The notes under the pieces are model-generated. The model did not search any database, was not told the origin of the DNA, and worked only from the letters and a program-made list of their open reading frames with translations. A program made the translations under genes and the position numbers. A stretch of 62,650 bases of DNA, the filler included, from Sphacelaria rigidula (lineage: Eukaryota): assembly GCA_964200075.2 (NCBI GenBank). It is 11 parts of 11 records of this genome, joined end to end, with 100 filler letters (N's around TTAATTAATTAA, not from the genome) between each part and the next. Parts side by side here need not be neighbours in the genome. Positions count along the whole stretch, not along the records: positions 22,821 to 28,425 come from CAXNAA020025936.1; positions 28,526 to 34,130 come from CAXNAA020025937.1; positions 34,231 to 39,834 come from CAXNAA020025938.1; 8 more parts are not named here. The stretch is one strand, 5' to 3'. This document shows, piece after piece, positions 24,860 through 36,610 of this stretch (positions within the stretch are counted from its first letter, which is position 1; every line of letters begins with the position of its first letter).

Positions 24860-25545
24860 TTTGAGGGTCGGCCTCGATTGGCACCGACGCTGCAAGAAGC
24901 GCCACTCACTGCGTTAGATAGGCCACCAGGTTACCGGAGGGTTTTCGCTCGCGTTTTTCCTTGCGATAACCGTGATGGCGGTCGAGCTAGATCAAATCGT
25001 GCGGGGTGGAAAACTCTCAATTCCGCGAAAAGGGGATGGATGATCATACTACGCAGTGTTCACCACACCCTGTACAATAGAAAACACGGTCAAAAAGTGT
25101 ACTGCGTACAGTACAGACTCTTGCGCGTATTGCAATAGACAATATATTCCATACTGTACGGAGAACATTTTTTTACAATAGAATCTTTTGTCCAGGGTGT
25201 GGTGTTTACATTGTGAGATATCCCATGAGGCAGTGTGTAAGCCGTGGCTGTCTCTGGAAGTAGTGGTGATGCCAGAAAATGAAGCAAAAACTCATTCGAG
25301 GGCTGTCATCCGTATGCAAAATAATCAGTACGCTTCGGGCGGAACAATCTCAGCAGGATGCATCTAGCTCATGCTTCATGCGACTCGCCGAATCTATCAC
25401 GGCGCTTCGCGCTTGGTAGTTGATTCCGACCCTGGTCCGGCGAAAACCCGGCGTGCTCCGTCCCGGCTTCATACGGATGCCAGGTAAAAGGTCTTATGAC
25501 TACGGCATGCAGATCATGACTAACCCCCCCTCCCCCCCCCCCGTC
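24860..25545 (+). repeat. High-copy dispersed repeat family A, long copy ending in poly-C
   Basis: Collinear with 49220-49750. Fragments at about 11411-11475, 23470-23600 (-), 28345-28425, 34030-34130 (-) and 51343-51510. Confidence 0.85.
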
Positions 25546-25661
25546 TTCCTCGGGGGGAGTCTATGTTCTCAACGAATATACATGCGTATAAATATATGTG
25601 TTCGTCGTATCTTCAACCATTCCGGTTCCTCGGGATATAATCCGTATTCTAAGGACGATCT

Positions 25662-26130
25662 CGGTCGCCCCGGTGGCTCAGTTGGTAACCCCGAAACCTT
25701 CTGGCGGTTGGGACGTGAGTTTAAATCTCGGTGAAGTCACACTGGGTGGGATATTTTTTGCACATCATGCCGAACAGCGGATAGCGACTCTGTCGTCGGT
25801 ACACAAAATTCGACTTACACGGTCGACGAGGGAAAAGGGGCCGCGGAACCCTTCTAATGATAACGAGTAGGGCAAGCACCGCAGAAGGAAGGGAGGTGGA
25901 GTACCAAAAAAAAAAAAACTCCCCATGTTGGCCTTCCTCCTCTGTGTGACCCCGACTGATGCGCCCACATATACCGAAAGGTGTAGACTGGCGTACAGAA
26001 TAGATGGGATGACATATGTTGGCCTCTCTCCTGTATGACCCTGACACCCTGACTGATCACACACACATATACCGAAAGGTGTAGACTGGCGTACAGAATA
26101 GATAAAATGAAATCACACACACACACACAC
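25662..26130 (+). mobile_element. tRNA-derived SINE family 1 with duplicated 3' end
   Basis: A box TGGCTCAGTTGG; B-box-like GAGTTTAAATCTC; cacatataccgaaaggtgtagactggcgtacagaataga occurs twice; (CA)n tail. Confidence 0.82.
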
Positions 26131-26240
26131 GAAGGATGAAGTCATATCTCCTCCAGATATAAACTATATATATATATATATCCAGAGACGGGTACAGCCC
26201 ATGACGGAGCATCTATCCACCAGCGAAAAAATGCACGCAC

Positions 26241-26584
26241 CTGTCCGAGCCCGGCGTGGGATAACTGAAGGCTGTCCCCGATGTTTCCCCTTCCGAGGTC
26301 TCTCGCATCAGCCTCGCACAACTCAGCGGCCCGCCCACAATAGTCCTGCTATTCCCAGACCCCATGACCACACCACCGCCAACACCGCAACTACCATCAT
26401 CAGCAACAGAAGCGGAGGAGGGGAGGATGCCGGTCCTCGCGAAAACGCCTTTTTCTTCGGGTGTGAGACTGAGGTCGGAGTCGCCCCCGCTCTCGTCGCG
26501 CTGATGGTGGCATGACGACGAGGCGGCGGCGGCACGCGCCCAGGAGTAATCCGTCCAGGTGATGGTCGTGGCCGGAGACGGGGT
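26241..26584 (-). CDS. Isolated internal exon of an unknown gene
   Basis: Pyrimidine tract plus gacAG acceptor, open frame TPSPATTITWTDYSW...PTPGSD, donor cag|GTGCGT. Confidence 0.5.
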
Positions 26585-27267
26585 CTGTCGTACCAGCAGG
26601 GGGATAGGAGGGAAGCAGGGCAGATATAGGGGGCGGAGCGGCAGCGTACTCATTTGCTGCCCGCCTTAGCCATTTGACCACTGACCACGCATCCATCCCC
26701 GTTTCAACACGCAGCACCGTTCCTACTCTTCATTGAGAAGCACCTCCAACATTTTGGGCGCTGACTTACGTTTTTTTTTATATATTGTGTTCCCTTTTTT
26801 CCAAAAAATATAATTCAACCCCAACCAACAACCCCAACCCCACTCCCAACAAACAAATAGTAATACTTTCAATAAATAAGTCAATAGTTGGTTGCTATAC
26901 AAGTTGATCCAGTTGACCGCTTTTCACTTTCAATCTCACGAAAAAATTACACTCGTGGGAACCTTTGGTGCACAGTAGTATATCGCATCCCCGTTTCGCC
27001 GTCTGTGGCCACCATCTACATACTGTAAAAAAACTTGTTGACGCCACCTTCGAAGGGGCGGAGGGGGTTAGGGAAGGGAGGGGGGGAGGGGGGGGGGGAG
27101 GGGATATCGTGATCACAGACGTCATATTGATGGATTTAGGGCATCAATATGGCGGCTCTGGGTGGCAACGTAGAGGTTGGGGGCATCATGATCATGGTTT
27201 CGGGCGTCAACATGGTGGTCCATGGAGTAAACATGGTGATTTTGAGCTCAAAAATTGTGCTCAAGGG

Positions 27268-27546
27268 TGACACTTTCTACGATAGCCCCCCCCCCCCCCC
27301 AAAAAAAAAAAAGTGCCATGCTCTGGGAGGCAAAATCTTCATGTGCATCCGAATGGAAAAAAACTGAGCACAACAAGCACCTGGGACCCCACGCTTGGGT
27401 TCGTTCTCGCCAATGTCGCCCATATGGGGCGCTTCATGCCAGCCTGAACCCAAACATCAGGCGTTGTATGACCATTTTTTTCGTAACACTTTTGGGCTGT
27501 TTTTTGTTCTTGGGGGGGAGGGGGGAGGCTCTCGTGGAAAGTGTCG
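27268..27546 (+). mobile_element. ~270-bp MITE with GACACTTTCTACGATAGC TIRs
   Basis: Left gacactttctacgatagcccc, right ggctctcgtggaaagtgtc; body homologous to 61987-62254. Confidence 0.78.
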
Positions 27547-27680
27547 AGTGTGAACGTGGTGATTTTGGGCGTGATTATTGCGATTTTGGGCGTGAACATC
27601 GTGGTGTGAGGCGTGAGCATGGTGGTTCGAGGGGGTGAACATGGTGATTTCGAGCGTGATCATGGTGGTTTGAAGGGTGT

Positions 27681-27998
27681 TTTTCATTTTTTATTTCATT
27701 TATTTGTCGCACTTTGAACCCCTCACCTTCCTCGGGACGAGTCCGTGATCTGTCTCAAGGGATCAACTCATTTCTCCCCCGTCACACGCCGTGCATGGCC
27801 TCGCGGATCGGGTCAGCACTCCCGCACCGCGTCAACTCTCGTCAAATACACTCAAGTCGATTTTCTTTGTTCACCCACGTTCTCACGCTTTCCATGGTGG
27901 AAGTCAGACACTACGAAGAAAAAAACAACGCATCGGGAACCGAACCCTCGTTCTCTCCACCCCAATGGCGACAGTCGGATTATTACACCACCGGGGTG
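27681..27998 (-). mobile_element. tRNA-derived SINE family 2
   Basis: Minus-strand head ccccggTGGTGTAAT...GGTTCGGTTCC; body shared with 53638-54308; A-rich tail. Confidence 0.78.
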
Positions 27999-28767
27999 TA
28001 AACATGATGATTTCGAGCGTGAACATGGTAGTTTCGGGCGTGAGCACGGCGTATGGGGGGCTCAAAATAGTCAATTCGAGGAATAAACACGGTGGTTTGA
28101 GGCGTCAGCATGGATTTTTTTGCGTCAATACCGCGGGTTCGGGCTGGAGCATGGCATTTTTTCGGGCGTCATCACCCATGTTCGCATCGCGTGGTTGTCA
28201 AGTCAAGGGATGGTGGCATGCATCACAGCACCCGCAAATAACAAACCGCCCTGATGAGATCCGTGCCTTTGCTTCCTTAAAAGAGTACTACGACGGAAGT
28301 TGAGAGTCTGGGCAAGTCATGACAGTCATAATCCAAGCAATGCGCTCGATAACTCATTGTTAGCTGTCATCCGAAAGCAAGATATTCAGTAGGCTTCGGG
28401 CCGAACAATCTCAGCAGGATGCAGCNNNNNNNNNNNNNNNNNNNNNNNNNNNNNNNNNNNNNNNNNNNNTTAATTAATTAANNNNNNNNNNNNNNNNNNN
28501 NNNNNNNNNNNNNNNNNNNNNNNNNTTGAGGTGGTGGCGGCTCCCGTGGTTCATAGCTTCATCTACACACGTATTCACCCCCCCCCCCCCCCCCCCCCCC
28601 CGTGAATAAGATAAGATATGTAAAAGGTTTTTGTGCAGTGTATGGAAGAAATGTAATGAGCGCCGGAATGCTGGAGGTGTCTCTATTAGGAGTAAGAACG
28701 GTGCTCCGTCTCGAAAGGGATGCGTGGTTAGTGGTCTTATGACTATGGCAGGCATGATCATGAGTAC

Positions 28768-28770
<3 letters not shown>

Positions 28771-28811
<41 letters not shown>
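28771..28811 (+). repeat. (CA)n microsatellite
   Basis: Pure dinucleotide run. Confidence 0.95.
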
Positions 28812-28814
<3 letters not shown>

Positions 28815-29902
28815 GCGCGCGCACACGGACGACCGTTTCTCCTCTCCTGCGACATCATGCACCCCCGCCCGAATCCGACTCCACCAATGTTGGTTATCTA
28901 CTATTATTATGCGTCAACTCGTTTTTCATATCACCTGATTCCCTTGAGATGCAGGGAACTCTTGCGCGCGGGCACACGTATTGTTAATCCAATCGGCGCC
29001 CGTAGGGGAGGGCACCATTTGGCTATTGTACAATACGTAGAACACGGTCGCTGCCCGAGAGTTCGGTCTCCCTTCATCGGGGTTAGGATAAGGGCGGGCG
29101 TTACACAGTAAATGGGTCAGTCTGTGGAGAAATTTCGGATATTTGATTTTGTGCTCCGAAATGGTAAACAGGTCTCGGAATAATGAAAGGAATATCAACT
29201 TTCGCCACAGCATAACATTGGGGGTGATGAACTCTCAGAGCTCCAGAAAAACAAAATAACAGAGGATCCTGAACAACGAAATCGAACACTCGAATGTGCT
29301 TGAAGTCGCCTTCGAGGAAGTAATATTTTACGTGAAATGGTTTTGCAGGAACATCCAACTGAGGATTTTATATGCCCGTTGGAACTTGCCCTGGCTTGCC
29401 TTGTGACGCATCGTTGCTCCGTTGTCTGTAACCCCTCTACAACATTCAAAATGGCTCTCACCAGGTGAGGAAAACCGCTTTACCCCCATTGGAAAATGCG
29501 TGTGCGGGAGAACTGTGTTGTTGTACACATTCACGCACACACGCAATTCCCCCGTGGTTTCAGACAATATAATAACCTCCACTCACCCCATCTCACCCCA
29601 CCCCACCCACGCATACCTATTAGGAAAATATTTAGAACACGTCTCCAACGCAACGCATATAAAACTGACGATAGGTATAAGTAGGTGTGTCCTTGCCGCG
29701 AGAGTTCGATTGCAGTATTGTGGTGTAAGCTGTGATTTTTCTTCTTGTAGGCACAAGGGGTTGATGTACGGATGACGTATCGTCGGCGTTGTCTTTCCCC
29801 TTTTTATTTCGTTTCTTCCCTCTTTCCTCTTTTTCCTTTCCTTTTTCATTTCTCCTTCCTTCTGTTACCTTTTCCCCCCTTTTTTCTGTTTTCATACCGC
29901 AG

Positions 29903-30077
29903 GGGTAAGACCACCGAGGCCGCGTGGCCGCTGCTAAACAGGTACGCGCGCGTGATCTGCTGTGGCATGATCAGCATGTACACCACACCGCCAGAGGACG
30001 GTGCGCCAGAGAACGCCCTCGGCGTGGGAATACCGCTGTACGGTACCGACATTGTCACCAAAGAGATCAAGATTGAG
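29903..30077 (+). CDS. NADP-dependent oxidoreductase (MDR; prostaglandin/2-alkenal reductase-like) exon
   Basis: GKTTEAAWPLLNRYARVICCGMISMY...IVTKEIKIE matches the family motif R-x-x-x-CG-x-IS-x-Y. Acceptor ccgcAG; non-canonical donor gag|GCAAG. Confidence 0.82.
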
Positions 30078-30183
30078 GCAAGAAAAAAGGAGTAGCCCTT
30101 ATGGTAAAATACCGTGCATGTCATCGATACTTGATTTGCCACATCCCCCCGCGCGATGAGTTGTCGCCTGTTTGGCACCCATG

Positions 30184-30464
30184 CTACGTAGGATATCACC
30201 CCTTGAGTATCACCCCCGAAATCGTATGCGCCGAACTCTGCGGGTACCCCGTTAATGACCTCGATCGATTTCAGGATGGATTATTACACTAGGAGCGCTG
30301 ATACACTACAAGCGACCTTGCAGAAGTGGCATACTCCGTCGTACGTGGGATATCACCCCCTAAGAAGTATCAGCCCCGAGGTCATATGCACGGTACTCTG
30401 GGTTACCCCTTGGATGACCTTGATAGATTTCAAAATACTGTAGATCTTTACAGCAGGAGCGCTG
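30184..30464 (+). repeat. Diverged ~160-bp tandem duplication (intronic)
   Basis: tacgtRggatatcacccc...atgacctYgat...aggagcgctg occurs twice. Confidence 0.75.
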
Positions 30465-31417
30465 GAGAATGACAAACAGGTATTGAAGTAAATAAAGAAA
30501 CATGTCGCAAAAAGTTAGAGCATGGCTCGTGCAGTGTCGTCAGTCGACCTTAACTTTCTACTCTCATCCTATCGGCGGCCGCGTATTTACGTCTTGGATT
30601 TTCGCCTGCGTGCAGTGTTGTAATTACCCATACATATATACATGCGCACAGGTGGACGCCTCAGCTAGACAAACGGCTTTTCGAGATTGTTGTCATATTT
30701 ACACACCAACGACGATACATCTATACACACTGATGGTTGAAATTGGAACAGTTTCCACATCCAAACAAGCTCCTGTTACCGGTCAAAGGCAAACATGAGG
30801 AAGGCTAAAAACAACGTGTGGCGATTCTTGTATTGCACACAACAGTAGTAAGGCTTCAGCACGGTAATGTGTGACACACATGTGTACGTAAAAGTGCTGA
30901 GTACCAAGTACGTTTTATTCTTTCGAGATCCACACTTTCGTCGTACCCCCCTCCGAAAGTGGGGGCGTTTTCTATGCCCTGTTCCTACCATGCCGAATGT
31001 TTATGTCCGTTTCTGTCAGCTCATGCGTGTCACTCCAGTCTGCTGTGAGATACCGCGCCCCGATGATCTAACTGCTATACCAACAGCCAGTTCGGGCGGA
31101 ACGTCTGGGGTTCAAATCCCGACGGAAATTATGTATTTTTAAGCAGAATCTGTCTCCCGTCGGTGTTAACAGGGCGTCAGTTGCAACTAAAGTTCAACAA
31201 CGCGAACCAAAGCGGGTGGTATTTGGTGATACAATCGCGATACAAGTATCAAACAAGATGAGGCAGGTGCGTTCCGGCGGGAGATGGTTTGGTGCTATGG
31301 CACTTCAGACTCGTGCCGAGGGAGGAAGAGGGAATTTGAAAGCATGAAACGTAATTGATGAAAAAAATATGAGGAGGGAGCCAGCCCCCCTCGATATAGT
31401 TTGGTTTCGCTTTTGGT

Positions 31418-32800
31418 GATTATCTCCCCAAGGCGCCAGCTGTGAGCGTGCAGGTGTCAGAGAGCGCAAAGGATGATGCTGTGTTATGAAACAGCATGAA
31501 CACTCGCTGTTATTAACTTGCCCGTTTCGCAGTCCCGCAGCGGATAATGACGGTAACATCCGTATTGTACATTCCACGATGAAGCGCGAGCTCGGGTATA
31601 GGTGGATGATAGCGAACCGTGATTCCCTCCCCAAGACACCAGCTATGAGCGTGCAGTTGTCAGCGAGCGCGAAAGGTGATGCTGCATTATGACGCAGCAT
31701 GAGCACTCTCTCATGAACTTGCCCGTTTCGCAGTCCCATCGCGGATAATAACGGTCGCCTCCGTAGTGTACATTCCACGATGACGTGCGAGCTTGGGTAT
31801 AGCTGGATGATGGCGAACCGTCAAAGTGATTTACTTGTCTGCTAACGAACACCCAATTAAGGATGGAATTCGTCTCGCAACTGTTCAACGTCTTGAGTGC
31901 AGGATTCTCTCGACTGCATCTTACAGCGCTTCATTGGGGACACGACCTTCATCTCACACTTAGTATACCTATATGATGCGCCAAAAAGTAAGGACGGTGA
32001 CCCACTGGAGGAGATGCCGCCGGGAAAAGTGGTGCGACGCACGGCGTGGGGAATGCTGTACAGACTGGTCCCCACTACTATACTTGACCCAAAACAATAT
32101 CCCCGGCGCGAACATGACGAAGAGCAGCGAAACGTGACAGAATAAGTATGGCTCCCACCTCGGCGCCGTCTCGAAGGTCACGGCAACAACAAGTATATTG
32201 GGGAAAGTATTCACATTTTTTTCTCATTCCACGCTCTCGGGAATCTACACGTCTTTGATTGCTTACCCGAGCCTTGAGAGTTAGAACCCGAAAGTTTCAG
32301 GAGAGCAGCGCATCGGCTATTTAGGGCGGCGCGGCTGGTGGTGATTTTATCATCTCCTCATGCATTCATTTTTCGGGGATGAAACCAAATGTTTGTTTCG
32401 AAAATTCCCTTGAATGGATCCAACTCGTAACACAAATTAAAAAACATCGTCGGCCATACGCTTCAGAAGCTTGATGTACTCCTCTCCTCATAAATTCAAG
32501 TTCCAGCCCTCAGACCTCCGGTGAGCGATCACCGGAGACTCTTTTTTGTCTCAAACAGTGGAGCCAGCCTGTACGCGAATGACGCGGGTATGTGTCGAAG
32601 TCCCCAGCCGGGCTTACCAGAGTGAGGCTGCGTTCGCAGTTTACCCCTGTTTGCCCTGATTTGTTATCTTACATATTTGTTCCACATTCTCGAGTTCCTT
32701 GTGGCTGGTGTTTCCGTTTTGTTCACCTTGGGTACAGCTTCTCGTAACCCTGGCGGCATTCCTAGGGGACCATTCAATGTGCGACGATCAATCAATCAAA
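31418..32800 (+). mobile_element. Decayed RTE-type LINE (reverse transcriptase relic plus 3' end) inside the oxidoreductase intron
   Basis: Broken frames give LARFAVP, FHDDVRAWVxLDDGE, SQLFNV, LQRF...LVYLYDAPK...VRRTAWGMLY. The following ADD of YADD is lost after 32061. Ends in aatgtgcgacg-(ATCA)n. Confidence 0.75.
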
Positions 32801-33794
32801 GGCAATAACTGTAACGTACGCATGCTGTACGAGTATCAAACACCGGCATACATCATGCTGTTTGGCACTAGAGTACACATGAACGTGCTAGTGTGTCACG
32901 CACCCCGGCAGTCTAACGTGTATACCTGATAACCTGTCGGGGCGTAAGACTGAGAGTTCGATACCAGGCAGGTACATGTGCGTGCGTGTGTGTATGTGTG
33001 TGTGCGTGTAGGACATGAGAACGTGTGTCGCGAGAAATATATATATATATGTATATATTCGAAGGGAATTATTGTGGTCCCCGAGTGCTGATCCAATCTG
33101 CGATACCGAAATATAAGGCATGTGTTGTGCCGGGGGGAGAGGTAGGTTTGGTCTCTTGAGACTGCCGAGGCGTCCCGAGGAAGAGGAAGGGGATTCCCTT
33201 ACGAGACTGTGATGAAAAACCCTTGTTTGCTTCGCTGCTCTCTTTCTTGCTTGTCCTTTATGCTGTGTAAGAGGGTCGTAACTTCCCCGAAAAAAAAAGG
33301 AACGAAATTTATACATTTTTTGAGTGGAGCTGGTTTCGGAGGGCAGCTACGCACATGTATCGAAATTCTTCTTGTGACGTGTCGAGGTTTGTTTTCTGAA
33401 CTGAAATACTACGCCTCCCCACTCCCCCCTCCATCCCCCATACTCCGCTTCGAAAGGGATACGTGGTCAATGACCAAACGACCAAGGCAAGCATCAAATG
33501 AGAACGCACCCCGTCCCCCCGTCTGTCCATCCGTGTGCGCCTCCTCGCCGCTTTCTTGCGCGTGCTGGGCTTGTCGACCGTTTTATAATACGTGAGAGGA
33601 CCGTGTGCGTGAAGGACTGCATCGGAATTTGACCACCCCTATCGTTAGGGTTAGTGTTGGGGTTGGGGTTAGGGTCCGGGGCGTGGTCCTTGAAGGGACT
33701 GACCCGGTTGGGTTTGAAAAACGTCGATCCTCAGGTGTTTCGAACTACGATGCGGTCCTCTCACGCATTGCGGTTTCATCTCACCGTTCCACAG

Positions 33795-33955
33795 GGATTC
33801 ATATGCACGAGCAATCCTGAGGATCACCCGATGATGATATCCAAGCTCGCCGAGTTCGCGGCATCGGGGAAGCTCAAGCCCAGGTTGGACGTTGTTAACG
33901 GCTTCGAGAACACCATCAAGGCACTGGGTGGTCTTTACACAGGAGAAAACATGGG
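33795..33955 (+). CDS. NADP-dependent oxidoreductase, next exon
   Basis: GFICTS...SGKLKPRLDVVNGFENTIKALGGLYTGENMG matches the family C-terminus; phase-0 acceptor ccacAG; donor GTAAGT at 33956. Confidence 0.85.
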
Positions 33956-34230
33956 GTAAGTAGAACGGAGGGGGCTCTATGATTATTGTTGTTTCTGCTT
34001 TTTTTTGTCTTTTTTTCCTTGGGGGTGTAGGGGGAGCGTGTACTCATGATCGTGCATGCCATAGTCATCAGATCATTTACCTCGCATACCTACAAAGCCG
34101 GGATGGAGCACGCCGGGTTCTCGTCGGATCNNNNNNNNNNNNNNNNNNNNNNNNNNNNNNNNNNNNNNNNNNNNTTAATTAATTAANNNNNNNNNNNNNN
34201 NNNNNNNNNNNNNNNNNNNNNNNNNNNNNN

Positions 34231-34299
34231 CGTCACGAGTCAACTTATTATACTAAAACCAAGTAATTTCCTGACGAATCATCATCTGTCCTAACCGTG
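34231..34299 (-). mobile_element. hAT-like MITE, terminal fragment
   Basis: Reverse complement cacggttaggacagatgatgattcgtcaggaaattacttggttttagta matches the left end of 53838-54088. Confidence 0.75.
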
Positions 34300-34324
34300 A
34301 AATAGATTCGATGAAATTTCCTGT

Positions 34325-35148
34325 CAGGGCCTGTCTTGGTACTTTTCTTCTCGATCGAAAAAATGAGACGGTGGAATTGATTTGAGCGAAAATTTCTCGT
34401 TTTATGCAGCTGGGTCCGGATGGATTTTCAAGCTTTCGATCGAAAAAGACAATGAAATTCGTGGAACGGTACATGGTCACTCGTGTACAGTACAAACTGT
34501 CTGTACTGTTTGCACTGCTTGCAAGCAGGGTGTCTTGAGTACGTGTGTCCGTGTTTCGTGCAGAAGGATATAGAAGAAACGGGAAACGTGCAGTGCAGAC
34601 AGCCCAGGACTATCAGTTCTCTCTGCTTACAATGCGACGTAAAAAGAACTTCAGCAACGGGCAGCTTCGTACTGGCTGCACTGTCCATGAGCGTGCACGC
34701 AACCCGGTTGCCCACCGTACCACGCAGTTCAGCCCCTGATGCCTACCATGAGCGAAGATGCGCAAGCGTTCGCTGACAAAATATAAGCAAAGCACACCCA
34801 ACTACTGTAGTGCACCTATCCCTGTGCTCAACTCGCGCTCTATGCTGAAGGGTTGCGGTGGTACCTGAGAATGAGTTGGATGGAGTTTGCATGGTCCTGT
34901 GAACAGGTGGTGTTATTTGGCGTGGTGGTTCGAAGGATAGGAGTCAAGTGCCGCTTCGTGCCTTCCGACCGCATGTTTTCGATAAAAATATATTGTTTTT
35001 TACATCTTTGCATTCTTCTCCGCGCGCCGCTAATTATAGTTTTGAGTTGAAGCCTCCAAGGAACATAAATGCGGTGGACCTGTCAGATCGTCAAAAAAAA
35101 ATCGATCGCACTTTTTCGATCGAAAAAAAAGTGCGAAGACACGCCCTC
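34325..35148. mobile_element. ~820-bp non-autonomous TIR element
   Basis: ~38-bp imperfect TIRs: cagggcctgtcttggtacttttcttctcgatcgaaaaa and tttttcgatcgaaaaaaaagtgcgaagacacgccctc. No clear TSD. Confidence 0.6.
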
Positions 35149-35571
35149 ATCCTCGTAACACTGTGGCTACAGACGTGGATTTCCAGCAACATGAAGCCAC
35201 TGTCTCGTGCAGACGCCAGACACGTCATTCCTGACCAGCCTCATTGGTCGTTCTGGAGGCCCGGTCCCAAGAGGGTCAAGAAGTACTATCTTCCCTTTGC
35301 GCGGAGTTGAAATCTTCGGCCCCGCACACTATGATCTAACTCGACCACCGTCATGCAGTTTCGCGATCGAACCATGTACCCATCTCTGCACCTCGATCGT
35401 GTCCTGTGCTTGATCATATCAACGTGTACGCTGAACGTTTATCCCTGTGATGGCGTTTTGATGCCTCCCCTCGGGTCATGGAGTATTCCTCGGGGTGTGT
35501 TGCAAATTGCCCCCGTCCCCCCCCCCCGTTCCTGTACCCTGTGGTCGCCCCATCGCTTTTCTCGTACGAAG

Positions 35572-35884
35572 CTGCAAGCGCCCCCGCAAATTTGCATGAA
35601 GCCGTCGCGGCCGGGGATCTGTCGGCGGTCGAAACCTACATCGCGCAGGGCAAGGTGGACGCCGCCGAGAGTGCGGCTAGCACCTGTCCTTCCTCGGTGC
35701 TCAGCGCAATGCTAGCAGTCTCGGGCGTGGAAGGAGCGGCTGTGGCGGCCGGATGCGGCACGCTCGAAGTCAGGGATTGGCGCGGGAGGACGCCGCTCCA
35801 CATCGCGTGCGAGCATGGCAGGACGGATGTTGTCCGAGCGTTGCTAGCCGGGGGTGCTATTGCCAACGCCACCGACCGTGATGG
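35572..35884 (+). CDS. Ankyrin-repeat protein B exon (gene is 5'-truncated)
   Basis: LHEAVAAGD and RGRTPLHIACEHGRTDVVRALLAGGA; donor gg|GTAAGG (phase 2); exact acceptor uncertain. Confidence 0.82.
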
Positions 35885-36193
35885 GTAAGGCGGCAGCGTT
35901 TGTTTTTAGCCGCTGTGCTTCACGAGAATTTTGGTCTTCGAAATTATGTTCGCTATCTTGGCTTATTCTGTTCGGTATTGACTCCGTGAATCCGACGGTT
36001 CCCAACTTGTTTCCTCCTGAGTCGTTGATTGGCCCCCAAACAAGTCGGCGGGCAGGGCATTCATCCTACCTCAAACCTAACTCTAGCCCTGAGCCGACGC
36101 GCACTGTTTCGATTCGCTTATTCTTTACAAGAGCACGCTGACATCGTACGCTGCACATCGTTTTACTTCGCGGCGTCGGTGCGACGATATCAG

Positions 36194-36610
36194 GTTTCAG
36201 CCTCTTCACAAGTGCGCACAGACATGCAACCTGGACAGCGCGCGCGCTCTACTCCTCGAACCCCAGCGGCGACAGGACGTCAGCGGCAAACACGCGTACA
36301 TCATATCTGCAGCCGCTGCAGCCGCGGACGTCAACGCACGCTCGCGCCGCGGTGGCTACTCTCCGCTGCACCTGGCGTGCCTGCTACCGTTGAGGCCCTC
36401 CTTGATGGCTGCGGCGGCGGCTGAGGGGGCGCCAGAGTCAGAGTCGGAAGGCAAGAACAAAGAAATGCGGCGTATGTCAACCGAAGTGGTCAAGCTGCTG
36501 CTGGAGAAGGGCGCAGATGTTGCGGCTGTGGACAGGTGGGGATGCACCCCGTTGCACCGTGCGTGCCTTGAAGGACATCTGGAGGCTGCACGAGCTGTTT
36601 TGGACGCCGG
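36194..36610 (+). CDS. Ankyrin-repeat protein B exon
   Basis: Phase-2 acceptor tatcAG gives G-FQPLHKCAQ...GGYSPLHLAC...WGCTPLHRACLEGHLEAARAVLDA; donor GTGAGA at 36611. Confidence 0.87.

Larger units (their letters stand above)
27138..28175 (+). repeat. Degenerate 21-bp minisatellite (ggcgtgaacatggtgRtttcg-like) hosting a MITE and a SINE
   Basis: GGCGTG starts at 27568, 27589 and 27610 (period 21); further units lie on both sides of the insertions. Confidence 0.75.

Noticed and set aside
28250..28305. Hammerhead ribozyme (CTGATGAG...)
   Set aside because: No C-GAAA after a stem II and no convincing stems I/III or cleavage triplet.
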